Program-made: the position numbers and the translations under genes | Origin: Lama guanicoe | Lineage: Eukaryota | DNA: 64,000 nucleotides | Direction of reading: 5' to 3' | NCBI GenBank assembly: GCA_013239625.1 | Contig: MU054391.1 | Coordinates: forward strand, 7,845,095-7,909,094 | Shown here: positions 63,231 to 64,000 of the stretch, piece after piece | How the letters are laid out: each line of letters starts with the position of its first letter | Position numbering within the stretch: the stretch's first letter is position 1 | The notes under the pieces: model-generated | What the model was told of the DNA's origin: nothing | The model's input: the letters and a program-made list of their open reading frames with translations, nothing else | The model's database searches: none

Positions 63231-64000
63231 CGTGCCTCACCCAGTGGTCGGTGCTCTGAGCCCAGCATGAGAGACAGGCTTCGTTTTTAGTTCAGATTCA
63301 CCATTAAATGATGTGTGGCGTTGGGCAGGTCACTTCCCGCTCTGGGCTTTGGTTCTCCACTGAAGCGTGTACTGGGGTAGATGATCTCTAAGCATCCATC
63401 CAGGCCTAGACATCTTGAGACGCAGTTGCCTCCTCCTGCAATAACTGTGAGTTATCAAATGTCTCACCACTTCACACGAGGGCGGCTGGAGTCTTGTCCA
63501 ACCCCCACGGCGTCCTGAAGAAGCCCCGGACCACTCAACGTGCACAGCTCACTCTGCATGCTGACTTCCAGACCCCAGCTTGCCCCACGAACCCCCCCGC
63601 TCCCCGAGTAGCTGTCGACCAAGGGTGCCTATCTTGGAGCTGGCTGCTTTCCAGAGAGTCTCCACTCTTCCAGGATGGCCTGGGTGCTGTGCTGAGCTGC
63701 CTGGCCCCTCACCTCTCCATTCTTTTCTACCAGATGGGAGGTCCTGACCACTACTGGGAGAATGTCTGTTGAGTGTGTTGCCAATGTGACTCCTCCTGCA
63801 TCCACTGGGAATTGAACCAGATGTTCTTGGAGACCCCCCCTAATTCTGAGGTAGAGAGATCTAAATGTTTTCCAGAATCAGGAGAGAGAGCAGGACATGG
63901 TATCTAAGAAACCAAGACCTTCAGGATATTAAAAAATACATACACGGTTGAGTCTTCTGTTTTTGTTTGTTTGTTTTTTTGTAAAACCATATGATGTGTT

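Noticed and set aside
1..64000. Prokaryotic-type systems (CRISPR arrays, operons, defence islands)
   Set aside because: The sequence is clearly mammalian (spliced gene, SINE/LINE/LTR content) and no regularly spaced direct repeats were seen.

Overview
Mammalian genomic DNA containing the complete TRIB2 (Tribbles pseudokinase 2) gene on the + strand. Three coding exons (19944-20213, 25089-25381, 40434-40902) with canonical GT-AG junctions join into 1032 nt = 343 aa + stop. The gene has a CpG-island promoter and long 5' leader (~18.2-20.6 kb) and a ~2 kb 3'UTR ending at AATAAA 42915-42920. The rest is gene-poor flank and intron carrying old mammalian repeats (MIR, L2, MLT1, MER2, MER47/Tigger5, MER53, MER96B), artiodactyl-type elements (short Tigger1 derivative, L1 3' ends) and two tRNA-Ala-derived SINEs that suggest a camelid genome. 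No second protein-coding gene and no demonstrably new biological system were found. The most interesting observations are in the 5' leader. It has only three ATGs in ~1.28 kb, all starting M-x-x-C (two are 4-codon uORFs ending TGC-TGA), and all three lie inside a candidate intron with a consensus donor and a branch-point/acceptor. Also notable are a diverged counterpart of human MIR3125 in intron 2 and clustered miR-29/26/99-100/let-7 seed sites. Repeat family names come from recognising consensus sequences from memory, not from a database search.
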